Below, piece by piece: positions 1 to 10,473 of a stretch of DNA of 64,000 nucleotides (position 1 is its first letter; each line of letters opens with the position of its first letter). Where the stretch lies: contig OZ253555.1 in NCBI GenBank assembly GCA_965262725.1, positions 2,944,001 through 3,008,000 on the forward strand, read 5' to 3'. The notes under the pieces were generated by a model. It did not search any database. It was given only the letters and a program-made list of their open reading frames with translations, and was not told the origin of the DNA. A program made the translations under genes and the position numbers. This DNA is from Dehalococcoidia bacterium (GTDB taxonomy: Bacteria; Chloroflexota; Dehalococcoidia; UBA2979).

Positions 1-1
1 C

Positions 2-904
2 ATGCACGAGCTCGCGCCGCGCGACCCCGAGCCCGGGGAACTGCTCGCCGTGCACGCGCCCGTGGCCCTCGGGCTCCTCGACGCGCTCGCCTCCTCGGGC
101 GGCGGCTGGCTCGATCCCGACACCTACGTCACGCCCCAATCGCCCGCCGCGGCTCGCCGCGCGGCCGGCGCTGTGCTCGCGGCGACGGCGGCCGTACTCG
201 CCGGTGAGGTGCGCTCGGCCTTCTGCGCCGTCCGTCCCCCCGGCCATCACGCCACCCCCGAGCGATCGATGGGCTTCTGCCTGCTCAACAACGTCGCGAT
301 CGCGGCGGCCCACGCCCTCGCGGCCGGCGTCGAGCGCGTCGCCGTCGTCGACTGGGACGTCCATCACGGCAACGGCACACAGCAGATCTTCGAGGCGGAG
401 AGCCGCGTGCTCTACGCGAGTACGCACGCGGCTCCCTTCTACCCTGGAACGGGCTTCGCCCACGAAGCCGGCTCGGGCGACGCGCGCGGGACGACGCTGA
501 ACCTGCCCCTCCCCGCCGGCACCGGCGATGTCGGCTTCGTCGCCTGCTATGAGCAGGTCGTGCTCCCCGCGCTGGAGCGCTTCCGGCCCGAGCTCGTGCT
601 CGTTTCCTGCGGCTGGGACGCGCACGCTCGCGATCCGCTCGCCCCGCTCCGGGTGAGCACGGCTGGCTACACGCACGTCGCCCGCCTCGTCGTCGAGGGC
701 GCGGAACGGTTCGCGGAGGGCCGCCTCGTCGTCGCGCTCGAGGGGGGCTACGACGAGCACGCCCTCGCGTGGTGCGCAAGCGCTCTCTGCGAGCTGTTGC
801 TCGGCGAGGAGCCGACTCCGGACCCGAGACCGACGGCCCCCGGGCCGGAGCCGGACGTCTCGTCCGTCATCGCGACCGCGCGACGGGTCGCGGGGCTCGA
901 CTGA
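2..904 (+). CDS. Histone deacetylase family protein (AcuC/AphA-like); 5' end probably outside the window
   Basis: Motifs RPPGHHA, GFCLLNNVAIAA, DWDVHHGNGTQ, LEGGY. Confidence 0.92.
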   Translation: MHELAPRDPEPGELLAVHAPVALGLLDALASSGGGWLDPDTYVTPQSPAAARRAAGAVLAATAAVLAGEVRSAFCAVRPPGHHATPERSMGFCLLNNVAIAAAHALAAGVERVAVVDWDVHHGNGTQQIFEAESRVLYASTHAAPFYPGTGFAHEAGSGDARGTTLNLPLPAGTGDVGFVACYEQVVLPALERFRPELVLVSCGWDAHARDPLAPLRVSTAGYTHVARLVVEGAERFAEGRLVVALEGGYDEHALAWCASALCELLLGEEPTPDPRPTAPGPEPDVSSVIATARRVAGLD

Positions 905-974
905 GCCCCACCCGGGGCCCGGGCGCTGTGATAGCGTGCGCACCGCCCGGGATGTGCGGGAGGGGGTCTCACAG

Positions 975-1817
975 ATGACGACGACACGGCAGAGGGTGAA
1001 GCGCGGCTTCGTGGAGACGCCGCACGGCGACCTCGAGTACCGCGAGGCCGGCGAGGGACCGGCCCTTCTGATGATGCACGCGACGCCGGCCTCCTCGGCC
1101 ACCTTCGAGCCCCACTTTCCGCTGATACCGGGCAGGCGGCTCATAGCGATGACGACGCTCGGCTACGGCGAGTCCTCGCGCCCCCCCGAGCCCTACACGA
1201 GCGTCGAGCAGTACGCGCAGTCGGTCGCGTGGTTCCTCGATGGACTCGGGCTCGACCGCGTCGACCTCTTCGGCACGCACACCGGCGGCGTGATCGCCGT
1301 CGAGGTTGCCGCCGCGTTCCCCGAGCGCATCGGCTCCCTCGTGCTCGACGAGGTCGGGAACTACGCCAACCCGGCGGGGCTCGAGCTGCACAGCGGTATT
1401 CACCGCTACTACGAGGAGCGCCCGGACGGCTCGCACCTGCTCGAGATCTGGAAGCGGATGGGCGGCGACCGGCCCGGGGCGGATTTCGAACACGTGACCC
1501 AGCGACTGATCGACAACCTCCGCGTGAACTCGGTGGCGGGATGCGAGGAGGCCTACGGCCACATGGGCTGGGAGGGCGCCGGGCCCTACGCCATCTGCCG
1601 CTACGACACCGAGGAGAACGCGCCGCGCATCGAGGCGCCCACGCTCCTGGTCTACGGCGAGAGCAGCAAGCTGCGTCCGGTGGGCGAGGAGCTCGACCGG
1701 CGGATCCCGCGCTCACGCCTCGCGCTGCTCCCGAGCGACGGAATGTTCAGCATCGACCAGGGGCCGGAGCTCTGGGGCGCCGCGGTGTGCGACTTCCTGG
1801 GCGACCCCGGCGTCTAG
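975..1817 (+). CDS. Alpha/beta fold hydrolase
   Basis: LLMMHATP, GYGESSRP, nucleophile elbow GTHTGG (Thr in place of Ser), APTLLVYG; ATG at 975 after AGGGGG. Confidence 0.82.
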   Translation: MTTTRQRVKRGFVETPHGDLEYREAGEGPALLMMHATPASSATFEPHFPLIPGRRLIAMTTLGYGESSRPPEPYTSVEQYAQSVAWFLDGLGLDRVDLFGTHTGGVIAVEVAAAFPERIGSLVLDEVGNYANPAGLELHSGIHRYYEERPDGSHLLEIWKRMGGDRPGADFEHVTQRLIDNLRVNSVAGCEEAYGHMGWEGAGPYAICRYDTEENAPRIEAPTLLVYGESSKLRPVGEELDRRIPRSRLALLPSDGMFSIDQGPELWGAAVCDFLGDPGV

Positions 1818-1865
1818 GCGCCGCAGCGAGGAGCGGGCCGGGCCCGCGGGAGCGAGGAGGCGGAG

Positions 1866-2270
1866 ATGAGTTCGGGCGTGCGTATCGGCGGAGTCGTACA
1901 CGCCGTGGCGGATATGGACGACGCGATCGAGCAGTACAGCACGATCCTCGGCGTTGACCCGGAGTTCACCAGCGAGAACGAGGACACCGGGCTGCGCGTG
2001 GCGATGTTCCGCACCGGCCCGACCTTCGTGGAGATCTGGGCGCCCACGCGCGAGGGCCCCATCAAGAGCTGGGTCGATTCCCACAACGGCGGCGGTCTCT
2101 ACCTGCTCTCCTTCCACGTGAGCGACGTGCCGGCCACCGTCGAGCGGCTGCGCGGCGCCGGCGTCCGGATGATCGGCGACCCCGGACCCGGCAACCCCAT
2201 CGAGGGGATGGTCTACGTGCACCCCCGGGAGTTCTCGGGCGTGCTCGGCCTGCTCTACCCGCACGACTAG
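1866..2270 (+). CDS. VOC/glyoxalase family protein (methylmalonyl-CoA epimerase-like)
   Basis: HAVADMDDAIEQYSTILG, VEIWAP, GGGLYLLSFHV, YVHPREFSGVL. Confidence 0.82.
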   Translation: MSSGVRIGGVVHAVADMDDAIEQYSTILGVDPEFTSENEDTGLRVAMFRTGPTFVEIWAPTREGPIKSWVDSHNGGGLYLLSFHVSDVPATVERLRGAGVRMIGDPGPGNPIEGMVYVHPREFSGVLGLLYPHD

Positions 2271-2294
2271 CGCACGGCGGTCGGGGCTGCCGGG

Positions 2295-2684
2295 ATGCTG
2301 CTCGAGCTGCGGATCTACACGGCGAAGCCGGGGCGGCGCGCCGACTTCGTGCGGTGGTTCCACGCGCGGTCCATCCCGGCGATGGAGGCGGCGGGGATGC
2401 GCATCCTCGGCGAGCGTGCCGAGACGGGCACGCGGCGCTTCATCTGGCTGCGCTCCTTCGCCGACGAGGAGGAGCGCCGGCGGCAGTACGACGCCTTCTT
2501 CCTCGGTGCCGCGTGGCTGGGGGGGCTGCGCGAGGAGGCCTACGAGATGCTCGATCATGTCGACGTGCACACGATGCGGATCGACGGGCACGCCACGCCC
2601 GAGGCGTGGCGTGAGCTCGCCGCCGAGCTGATCCCGGAGCTGGTGCCCCCCGGCCGGACGGCGGAGAGCGGGGGGGGCGGCTAG
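2295..2684 (+). CDS. NIPSNAP family protein
   Basis: ELRIYTAKPGRRADF...FIWLRSFADEEER. Confidence 0.82.
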   Translation: MLLELRIYTAKPGRRADFVRWFHARSIPAMEAAGMRILGERAETGTRRFIWLRSFADEEERRRQYDAFFLGAAWLGGLREEAYEMLDHVDVHTMRIDGHATPEAWRELAAELIPELVPPGRTAESGGGG

Positions 2685-2745
2685 ACAGAGCGGCCCGAGC
2701 GCGGAGGGAGCGGGCAGCCCCGGGGCGGGCCCCCGCGCAGAGGAG

Positions 2746-3558
2746 GTGTCCCCGGTGTTCTTCCACATCCTGCTCTGGAACCTCTACCAGGACGCCCGGC
2801 CCGAGGACGTCGCCGAGGGGATGCGCCGGATGCGGCGGGAGAACCCGGAGGACATGAAGCGCCTCACCTTCGGGCGACGCCTCGATGTCGCCCCGCCCGC
2901 GCCCGGCTCCTCGGGCGAGTTCACGCGACCCTCCGGCCCGGACGGTCCGCTGGAGCGTACCGGCGAGCCCTTCGACTACTTCTTCGCGATGGACTTCGAG
3001 GACGCCGAGGCGTACCGGCGCTACGTCACGTCGCCCTCGCACGACGATCCGGCCGCCACCCACCCCGAGCCCGGCTTCGCGTGGGAGAGCTGCGCGGCGC
3101 GGTGGTCCGAGTTCCTCTCCTCCGATCACCACCACGAGGAGGGGACCGCCTGGCGCCCGGCAAGCGTGCGCGGACCCGGCTCGCTCCTCCACATCGTGCT
3201 GTGGGACGTCCGGGAAGATGCCGCCGAGCTCCGCGTGGAGGAGATGTTCGCCGCCCTCGAGGAGCTGCCTCAGGCGATCCCGGAGGTGTTCTCCTTCTCC
3301 TTCGGCCGCAGCTTCCGCCCGACCTGGGGCGGCCACAGCATCGTCGACCGCTCACTGCTCGTCCCGCGCGGCAGCGGCCCGCTCCCCTACCGGCGTGTGG
3401 GCGACCAGCCCCGGTTCGGCCTGCTCGCGGAGTTCGCCGATCTCCAGGGGCTGCGCACCTACCTCGCACACCCGGCGCACACGGCCTTCGTGCAGCAGCA
3501 CGTCCAGCCGCTGTGGACGCGGCTGTCGCGACAGGAGATGGAGATCGAGGAGGGGTAG
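2746..3558 (+). CDS. Tandem Dabb (stress-responsive A/B barrel) domain protein
   Basis: Two HI(L/V)LW...F.D...Y..(S/H)P.H units. Confidence 0.7.
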   Translation: MSPVFFHILLWNLYQDARPEDVAEGMRRMRRENPEDMKRLTFGRRLDVAPPAPGSSGEFTRPSGPDGPLERTGEPFDYFFAMDFEDAEAYRRYVTSPSHDDPAATHPEPGFAWESCAARWSEFLSSDHHHEEGTAWRPASVRGPGSLLHIVLWDVREDAAELRVEEMFAALEELPQAIPEVFSFSFGRSFRPTWGGHSIVDRSLLVPRGSGPLPYRRVGDQPRFGLLAEFADLQGLRTYLAHPAHTAFVQQHVQPLWTRLSRQEMEIEEG

Positions 3559-3751
3559 GGCGCAAGCGCCGGCCCCGGGCGATCACCCCGCCGGCGGACA
3601 TCCGACGCCCGCGAGCCTCCTCGCTCCCGGCCGGGATGGGCAAACGGCACCAGCGGCGGCCCCGACCGCGGAACCAGGCCCCGGGCGCGGACGTCCTATC
3701 GGGTAGCAACCGGATGTCGCGGAGCGACGCGCGCACCCAGGAGGCGCCGGG

Positions 3752-4912
3752 ATGGGGAGCCCCCGAAGAATCGCGCTTCTCCTCGCCGCGGCAATCGCTA
3801 TCGCGCTGCCGGCGGCCGCGGCCTGTGGCGGCGAGCCCGCTCCTGCCGCCGGCACGATCGAGATCCCGTCCGGCCGGGAGCGCGACGCGTCGGTGCGGGG
3901 CACCGTGACCTACCGGGAGCGGATCCCGCTGACCGCGGGGGCGAGGCTCGTCGTCGAGCTCAGGGAGACCTCCTACGCCGACGCCCCGGCCCCCCTCATC
4001 GCCCGCCAGACCATCGCCGACCCCGGCCAGGTCCCGATCACGTTCCGGGTGGGATACAGCCGCGACGACATCGACCCGCGGGGGAGATACTCAATACAGG
4101 CCGACATCATCGAATCCGACGGCCGTCTCGCCTTCACCAACGACACCGCGTACGAGGTCGTGACCCGCGGCAATCCCGACAGCGTCGAGATGCTGCTCGT
4201 GCTGGTCAAGCCTCCGCCCGAGCTCCTCGGCGCCGCCGGCCCGGACTGGCGGAGCTGGGTCGGGGTCCCGGCCTTCGTCACGGGGGCGAACCTGATCCCG
4301 GGCGAGGCCGACCCCCTGCTTCGCATCTCCTACCACCAGTCCACGGTCGAGGGCTGCGCTCGCCCCGGGAACCAGAGCGTGAGGCTCGACGGCGACGACA
4401 TCGTCGCCCGCGTCACGCTGATGCAGCCTCCGCCGACCCCGTGGGCGATCGCCTGCGACGAGCAGGTCGTCGAGCTCGAGGCCGTGGAGCCCGTCCCGGG
4501 GACCCTCGAGCGCGGGCGGACGTATCGTGTGGTCGTGAACGACCGGGTGAGTACCACCTTCACGCTGCCCGCGCCCGGCCTCGGGCATACCGCCGTCGCC
4601 GAGTCACCGATCGAGAGCGCGGAGATCGAGGCCGGCGGTGGCGCGCCGACCGACTACCGGCTGCTGGTGGTCTCCGGCCTCCCGCGGGGCAGCAGCTGCT
4701 CGCAGGTCAACGGCTACGAGATCCGGCGGAGAACGCCGCACGACCTCGAGGTCGTGATCACGCACCACGAGGTCGCCGACCCGTCGGGCGTGTGCACCGC
4801 CGACTACCCCGTCGTCGAGACAACCGTCCCGCTCGGCTCCGAGTTCGAGCGTGGGGCGGAGTACACGGTGGAGGTCAACTCCGAGATCACCCGCTCCTTC
4901 ATCGCCCGCTAG
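3752..4912 (+). CDS. YbaY/YscW-family lipoprotein with two C-terminal Cys-containing beta domains
   Basis: Signal peptide + AAAC lipobox; VRGTVTYRERIPL...GQVPITF YbaY signature. Confidence 0.8.
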   Translation: MGSPRRIALLLAAAIAIALPAAAACGGEPAPAAGTIEIPSGRERDASVRGTVTYRERIPLTAGARLVVELRETSYADAPAPLIARQTIADPGQVPITFRVGYSRDDIDPRGRYSIQADIIESDGRLAFTNDTAYEVVTRGNPDSVEMLLVLVKPPPELLGAAGPDWRSWVGVPAFVTGANLIPGEADPLLRISYHQSTVEGCARPGNQSVRLDGDDIVARVTLMQPPPTPWAIACDEQVVELEAVEPVPGTLERGRTYRVVVNDRVSTTFTLPAPGLGHTAVAESPIESAEIEAGGGAPTDYRLLVVSGLPRGSSCSQVNGYEIRRRTPHDLEVVITHHEVADPSGVCTADYPVVETTVPLGSEFERGAEYTVEVNSEITRSFIAR

Positions 4913-5027
4913 GCCGGCCTCCCGCACGCCCCCGGCGGGAGATGGATCAGGGGGCCCCACGCGCGGCAGGCGGGAGCCGCCGGCCCGCCCGCGTGGCGTG
5001 GTCGCCGGCTCCCGCCTGCCTACCGTG

Positions 5028-6020
5028 TCAGGGCGCGCCCGTCTGGGCGCCCCCGTCAGGGCGCCCAGCGAGAGCGACTGCATCCGCTGCACTTCCTCGT
5101 CGGTCATGCACTCCCATGTCTTGAGGCCGTCGTCGGCGATCTCCGCGAGCTCGTCCGCGCTCATCGTCGAGGCATCGTAGGCGTGGGCATTGATGAGAGC
5201 GGTGTAATGCGGATGATCCCTGGCGAAGTCCGCGAGGCAGCTCGCGGTGCCCTCGGTCAAGGTCCCGCCGGTCGACACCGTGATGGCGACGAAGGCCTGG
5301 ACGTAGCCCTCCGGCGAGACGCACTCGGCCACCGTGTCGGAGACATCGAACGCCCCGTGGACGGTGGAGACGAGGATCGCCTGGTACTCCGCCTCTGTCG
5401 TGCCCCCGCGAATGCACGCGACGTCGGAGTCGGGGAGCGCGGCGATGAGGTCCCGCTCGGCGGACGTGATGCTGTCGATCACCTCCTGGAAATTGAGGAG
5501 GAAGCCGACCTTCTCCTGCGCCGACAGGCAGTTGTAGAGCTCAATGGTGTATGGATGCGCCGCGGCGGCCTGAGACGCCTCGCCCGACGTCATCCCCATG
5601 CTGAGGAGGACGGCTTCGGCGTGCTCCCTGCCGACGCCGATCATGCACGCGCGCGTGTCGGGCTCCCATCCGCCGGCCTGCGCCTCGATGAACGAGATGC
5701 CCATGACGACGATGCTGTCGATGGCGAGGCACCCGAACAGGGGTGCCGCGGACGCAGCATCGGTGCCCGCGCCCAGCAGCGGCGTCTGGAGCAGGAGCCC
5801 GAAGAAGACGTCGCCGAAGGTGCTCTTGAGGCACGCCCTCTCGTCCTCGGAGATCCGGTCGACGAGGGGGTGATCACGAGATCCTCGAGCGAGCCGGCCG
5901 ACACCGGCGCGGCGGTCGGCTCGGGCGTGGGCGTGGGCGTGGGGGTCGGCGTCGGGGTCGCAACCGCAGCCTGCGTCGCGGTCGGAGTGGGCTCGGGGTC
6001 ATCGCCCCCGAAACAGGCCG
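5028..6020 (-). pseudogene. Degraded Pro/Thr-linker, Cys-rich lipoprotein
   Basis: AACFGGDDPEPTPT...LEDLVITP in one frame continues as LVDRISEDERACLK... in another (shift near 5865); no start codon or hydrophobic signal before the lipobox; no nearby in-frame stop. Confidence 0.55.
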
Positions 6021-6144
6021 CGGGACCGCGGGGCGGATTCTCGTCTCGGCCTGGCCGCCGGATTGTAGCGCGGGGTCCGGCGCGCAGGCGCCGCCGGGGC
6101 GGTCTGGACCACCGGCCGGGGCGTGCCGCGACGGTGAGCCGGAG

Positions 6145-7680
6145 CTAGCCCCGCCAGCGCATGCGCGCGAACGGGAGACGATTCTCCGGAAGCCAGCGGT
6201 AGCCATCGAGCTCGCGGTCGTGCGCCACGTAGTAGCGCTGTCCACAGAGCGGGATCATCACCGCGTCTGCGTTGTGCAGCCGCTGCACGCGCCGTACGGC
6301 GTCCTCCCACGGCGCGCCGTGGCCGGCCTCCGGGATCGCCCGCAGCGCCTTGAAGAAGTCCTCGTTGTCGTAGCGGAAGGGGAAGAGCCGCATCCGGCCC
6401 GGACCCCAGTCGTGGTAGTAGGCGTAGAGCGGCTCGGCGACCCGCTGCCCGCGCCCGTCCGCGGAGGCCCGTACCATGATCGGGGCCAGGTTTCCCTCGG
6501 TGCGCACGCGGCCCTGGCGGTCGCGGCCGCGCGGCTCGAGTTGGACGTCGGCCTCGATGCCGAGCCGGGCGAGCCGCTCCGCGAGCAGCTCCGCCACTGC
6601 CCGCAGCCCCTCGCCCGGGAGCGCGAGGATCGTCGTTGAGAAGCCGCCCGCCCCCTTCGAGGCGGCGAGCAGCGCCCGCGCCCGACCGATGTCCTCGGCG
6701 TAGGGCCACGAGGCCGGGTCGTAGCCGGGGCTCTCCGGCTTCACCCAGCTGTACCAGCGCTCGACGCCGCCGGCGTAGACCGACGCGAGCACGGCCCGAT
6801 ACGGCGTCGCGTGCGCGATCGCCTGCCGGACGAGCGGATCGTCCAGGGGCTCGGCACCGGGATCGAGGTGCAGGAAGACCCCGGCGGTGGAGGCGGCCGG
6901 CGTGATGCGCAGGCGCCGCTCCGAGCGCACCCTCGGCAGCATCGACCACGGCACGCCCGTCACCAGATCGATCTCACCCGCTAGCAGCGCCTCGGCCGCC
7001 TCCTCCGTCGACGCGTAGCGTCTGGCGACGACCTCGCCGATGGCGGGGGGGCCCTGGTGGTAGTGCGGGTTCGCCTCGATCTCCGTGACCCCCTCGCCGT
7101 CGGCCTGAACGAGCCGGTAGGGCCCGAAACCCGACGGGCGTGCCGCGAGCAGGGAGCTGGCCCACGGGTCCTCCGGGCTCTGCCCGTCGCGCGCGACCGC
7201 CGAGTCGTAGACGTTCGGGGTCCCCTGGGCCATGGTGCGCGGAAGGGCCGGGTTCGGCGCGCGCAGGTGGAAGGCGACCGTGCGCGGGTCGACCACCTCC
7301 ACGTCGGTCGCCTCCTGCACCGAGGAGATGCGCGCGACCCACTTCCCCACGTCGCGCATCCCGAAGGAGCGCTCCCAGCTCCAGCGCACGTCCTCGGCGG
7401 TGAGCTCGTTGCCGTCGGCGCTCAGCGCGCCGGCGCGCAGCCGGAAGGTGCACGTGCGCCCGTCCTCCGAGAACCACCACCCCTCGGCGAGCTGCGGCTC
7501 GAGATCGCGCCACGTGACCCGCCACACGCCGTCGTCGCCCAGGACGGGGCGCGGCCCGGTGAGCTGCTCGTAGATGGACGACGAGATGTCCGAGCCGACG
7601 CTGTCGCCGAAGGCCGCCGGCTGCTCCATGTCGAAGTTGGTCGGCGCCGACTCGACGCCCACGACCAGCGCTCGCGGCAC
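6145..7680 (-). CDS. ABC transporter substrate-binding protein, family 5 (OppA/DppA-like)
   Basis: LEPQLAEGW, TFRLR, ELTAEDVRWSWER, GFGPYRL, VRQAIAHA; GTG 7680 after GGGGAGG. Confidence 0.88.
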   Translation of the reverse strand: MPRALVVGVESAPTNFDMEQPAAFGDSVGSDISSSIYEQLTGPRPVLGDDGVWRVTWRDLEPQLAEGWWFSEDGRTCTFRLRAGALSADGNELTAEDVRWSWERSFGMRDVGKWVARISSVQEATDVEVVDPRTVAFHLRAPNPALPRTMAQGTPNVYDSAVARDGQSPEDPWASSLLAARPSGFGPYRLVQADGEGVTEIEANPHYHQGPPAIGEVVARRYASTEEAAEALLAGEIDLVTGVPWSMLPRVRSERRLRITPAASTAGVFLHLDPGAEPLDDPLVRQAIAHATPYRAVLASVYAGGVERWYSWVKPESPGYDPASWPYAEDIGRARALLAASKGAGGFSTTILALPGEGLRAVAELLAERLARLGIEADVQLEPRGRDRQGRVRTEGNLAPIMVRASADGRGQRVAEPLYAYYHDWGPGRMRLFPFRYDNEDFFKALRAIPEAGHGAPWEDAVRRVQRLHNADAVMIPLCGQRYYVAHDRELDGYRWLPENRLPFARMRWRG

Positions 7681-7796
7681 GCCTCCCCCTCTCCGCCGGC
7701 CGCCCCGCATCCGCGGGGCAGAGCGCCGCACGGGACGAAGGCGAGGATAGCAGCGCCCCTTGCGCCGCGGAGGCGGGGCGGGGGACGCGGCCAGCG

Positions 7797-8945
7797 CTAC
7801 CAGAGATCGGCGGAGGCGAGGCGGGCGCCCTCCACGAGCGCGCCGAGCTTCCGCCAGGCGATCTCACCGGACACCTGAACGCGCCCCGCGAAGGTGCCGA
7901 GCCCGCAGTCGGTGCCGGCCAGCACGCGCTCGCGTCCCACGACCTCTGCGAAGCGCAGGAGGCGATCGGCGACGACCCGCGGGTGCTCGATGATGTTGGT
8001 GGTGGTGTCGACGGCGCCGACGATCAGGAGCTTGTCCCCGAGGTCGCGCCCGCGCCACGCGCGCCACTCGTGCTCGTGGCGCCCGTTGGACGCGGGGAAG
8101 GCGAGCGCCTGCGGGCGCGCGGCCAGCACGAGATCCGCGATCTCCTCCATCGGCACGTCGCGGTGGTGGGGACCCTCGGTCGAGCCCCAGCATATGTGCA
8201 TCCGCATCCGCTCCGGCGCGATGTTCCGCGTCGCCTCGTTGAGCGCCTCCACGTGCTGGCGGGCGATGTCGCGGAAGTCGTCGAGCTCGCGCTCGGCGAA
8301 CTGCTGGTGGCGCCCCAGCGCGAGATCGGGGCAGTCGAGCTGCAGCAGGAAGCCGGCATCGACCACCGCCTCGTACTCGCGGCGCATCACGTCGGCGAGC
8401 GCGAAGACGTACTCCTCGTGGCTCGCGTAGTACTGGTTCTCGAGGAAGCGGGCGATCTGCCCGGGCGAGGCCGCGGTGAGGAAGACCTCCTCCGCGCCCG
8501 CCGCCTCGGCCGGCTGCCGCAGCGTCGCCAGGTCGCGCTCCACCGCGGCGAAGTCCCGCCACCCGACGGGGCCGGTGCAGGCCGGGCGGCGGCCGAAGGG
8601 CGAGCTCATCCGGCGCAGAACCTCCGCCCACTCCGGGAACTCCTCGACGTCCGGGTTGCGCAGGACGCCGCTCCGCCCGCCGAAGCCCTCGAGGCGCTCG
8701 GCGACGTAGACCGTGTAGTCCACGCGCCCCATCTCCCCGTCGTTGACCACGTCGATCCCGAGGTCGACCTGCCGCCTCACCGCGGCCGCGACGGCTGAGC
8801 GCACCGCCGCCTCGAAGGGCGCCCGGGCGGAGAGCTCGCCCCGCTCCTTCGCGACCATCAGGTCGAGCAGTGGCCCGGGCCTGGGCAGGCTCCCGGTGTG
8901 GGTGACCCGGATCCGATCCTCGCTCGAACGCACCTGAGCCCTCAC
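7797..8945 (-). CDS. Cobalamin-independent methionine synthase II family (MetE C-terminal-like)
   Basis: THTGSLPRP, VNDGE, LQLDCP, Zn ligands HICWG and DCG. Confidence 0.88.
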   Translation of the reverse strand: MRAQVRSSEDRIRVTHTGSLPRPGPLLDLMVAKERGELSARAPFEAAVRSAVAAAVRRQVDLGIDVVNDGEMGRVDYTVYVAERLEGFGGRSGVLRNPDVEEFPEWAEVLRRMSSPFGRRPACTGPVGWRDFAAVERDLATLRQPAEAAGAEEVFLTAASPGQIARFLENQYYASHEEYVFALADVMRREYEAVVDAGFLLQLDCPDLALGRHQQFAERELDDFRDIARQHVEALNEATRNIAPERMRMHICWGSTEGPHHRDVPMEEIADLVLAARPQALAFPASNGRHEHEWRAWRGRDLGDKLLIVGAVDTTTNIIEHPRVVADRLLRFAEVVGRERVLAGTDCGLGTFAGRVQVSGEIAWRKLGALVEGARLASADLW

Positions 8946-9859
8946 TCCCCGGAGCGGGCGCCGCCCGCCGAATCGCTCCCGTAGCGCTCGTCGAGCGCGC
9001 GGTACTCGCCGAGACCCACGATCTCGTCTCGTTCGGCGAACGTCGCGAGGCGATGGTCGAGGGCGGCGGCGTTGCCGTCGCGACCGATCGCCTCGAGCGT
9101 CTCCTGCATCGCCCGGATCGCGGCGCGCTGCAGGTCGGAGGGGAGGATCGCGACGCGGTAGCCAAGCTCGGCCAGGCGCTCGCGGGGGAGGAGCGGCGTC
9201 TTTCCGCCGCGGAAGACGTTGATGAGCTTCGGCCCCGGCAGCCGCTCGGCGATGGCCTCGACCTGCGCCTCGCTCTCCGGCGCCTCCACGAAGAGAACGT
9301 CGGCGCCGGCCTCCCGGTAGGCCTCGGCGCGCGTGAGGGCGGCGTCCAGGCCCTCGACCGCGATGGCGTCGGTGCGGGCGATGATCACGAGGTCAGGGTC
9401 GCGCCTGGCCTCGAGCGCCGCGCGGAGCTTCCCCAGCATCTCATCGGTCGGCACCAGCCTCTTCCCCTCGTAGTGCCCGCAGCGCTTCGGCGACTCCTGG
9501 TCCTCCAGGTGCAGCGCCGCCACGCCGAGCCGCTCGAAGGCGCGCACGGTGCGGCGGACGTTCAGCGCGTTCCCGTAGCCGGTGTCGGCGTCGGCGATGA
9601 CGGGGATCCCGACCGCCTCGGTGATCTGGCCGAGCCTTCCGAGCACCTCGCCGACGCCCAGGAGCCCGAGATCCGGGTAGCCGGCCGACCGCGCGATCGC
9701 ACCCCCGGAGGCGTAGACGGCCTCGGCGCCCGAGCGCTCGGCGAGGCGGGCCGAGAGCCCGTCGAAGACGCCCGGGGCCACCAGCAGCTGCTCGCGCGCA
9801 AGCAGGCGGCGGAGGTGCGCGGCCGGCGGGCGCGGGGCGGGAACGGCGGGCTCGCTCAT
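8942..9859 (-). CDS. Isocitrate lyase/PEP mutase family enzyme (PrpB/2,3-dimethylmalate lyase-like)
   Basis: DADTGYG, LEDQ, PKRCGH, IARTDA. Confidence 0.88.
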   Translation of the reverse strand: MSEPAVPAPRPPAAHLRRLLAREQLLVAPGVFDGLSARLAERSGAEAVYASGGAIARSAGYPDLGLLGVGEVLGRLGQITEAVGIPVIADADTGYGNALNVRRTVRAFERLGVAALHLEDQESPKRCGHYEGKRLVPTDEMLGKLRAALEARRDPDLVIIARTDAIAVEGLDAALTRAEAYREAGADVLFVEAPESEAQVEAIAERLPGPKLINVFRGGKTPLLPRERLAELGYRVAILPSDLQRAAIRAMQETLEAIGRDGNAAALDHRLATFAERDEIVGLGEYRALDERYGSDSAGGARSGE

Positions 9860-9906
9860 CGCCGCGATGCTAGCGGATCGCCCGCGGGGCGGGGCGCCAC
9901 CACGCC

Positions 9907-10473
9907 TCACGTCACCGTGAGCGGAACGCCCGCCGAGCAGAGCCGGCAGGCGGCGGGATCGACACTCTCCATCTCCACCTCGGTCGCCGCGAAGAAGGGA
10001 AGGCCGAAGTCGAAGGCGCCGCCCGATCGGTCGACGAGCACCGCGACGCCCACGGGATCCCCCCCGGCCGCGCGCACCGCCTCGATGGTCTCGCGCACCG
10101 ACCCGCCCGTGGTGAGCACGTCGTCGACCACCAGCGCGCGCTCGCCGGCCCGCAAGCGGAATCCACGCTGCAGCGCGCGCCCAGTCCCGTCGGGCCGGCG
10201 CTCCGCGATCACGCCGCGAAGCCCGAGCTGGCGCGCCACCTCGTAGGAGAGGATCACGCCGCCGGTGGTCGGGCCAGCGACGAGCTCGGGGCGGGTGTGG
10301 CTGAGCGCTGCGGCCATCTTGCGGCAGACCACCTGGGTCTGCGGCGGCCATTGCAGCAGGTTGAACTTCTCAAGGTAGCGGTCGGAGTGGCGGCCAGAGG
10401 CGAGCTGGAAGTGGCCCCGAAGGAAGGCCCCCGCCTGCTCGAGCGCGGCGACTACCTCACGATCGACGGCGAT
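9907..10473 (-). CDS. pyrE: Orotate phosphoribosyltransferase; putative AUC start
   Basis: FLRGHFQLASGRHSDRYLEK N-terminus in frame upstream of the tracked ORF; VVDDVLTTGGS PRPP loop; GGAGGT 6 nt before ATC at 10473. Confidence 0.9.
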   Translation of the reverse strand: MAVDREVVAALEQAGAFLRGHFQLASGRHSDRYLEKFNLLQWPPQTQVVCRKMAAALSHTRPELVAGPTTGGVILSYEVARQLGLRGVIAERRPDGTGRALQRGFRLRAGERALVVDDVLTTGGSVRETIEAVRAAGGDPVGVAVLVDRSGGAFDFGLPFFAATEVEMESVDPAACRLCSAGVPLTVT

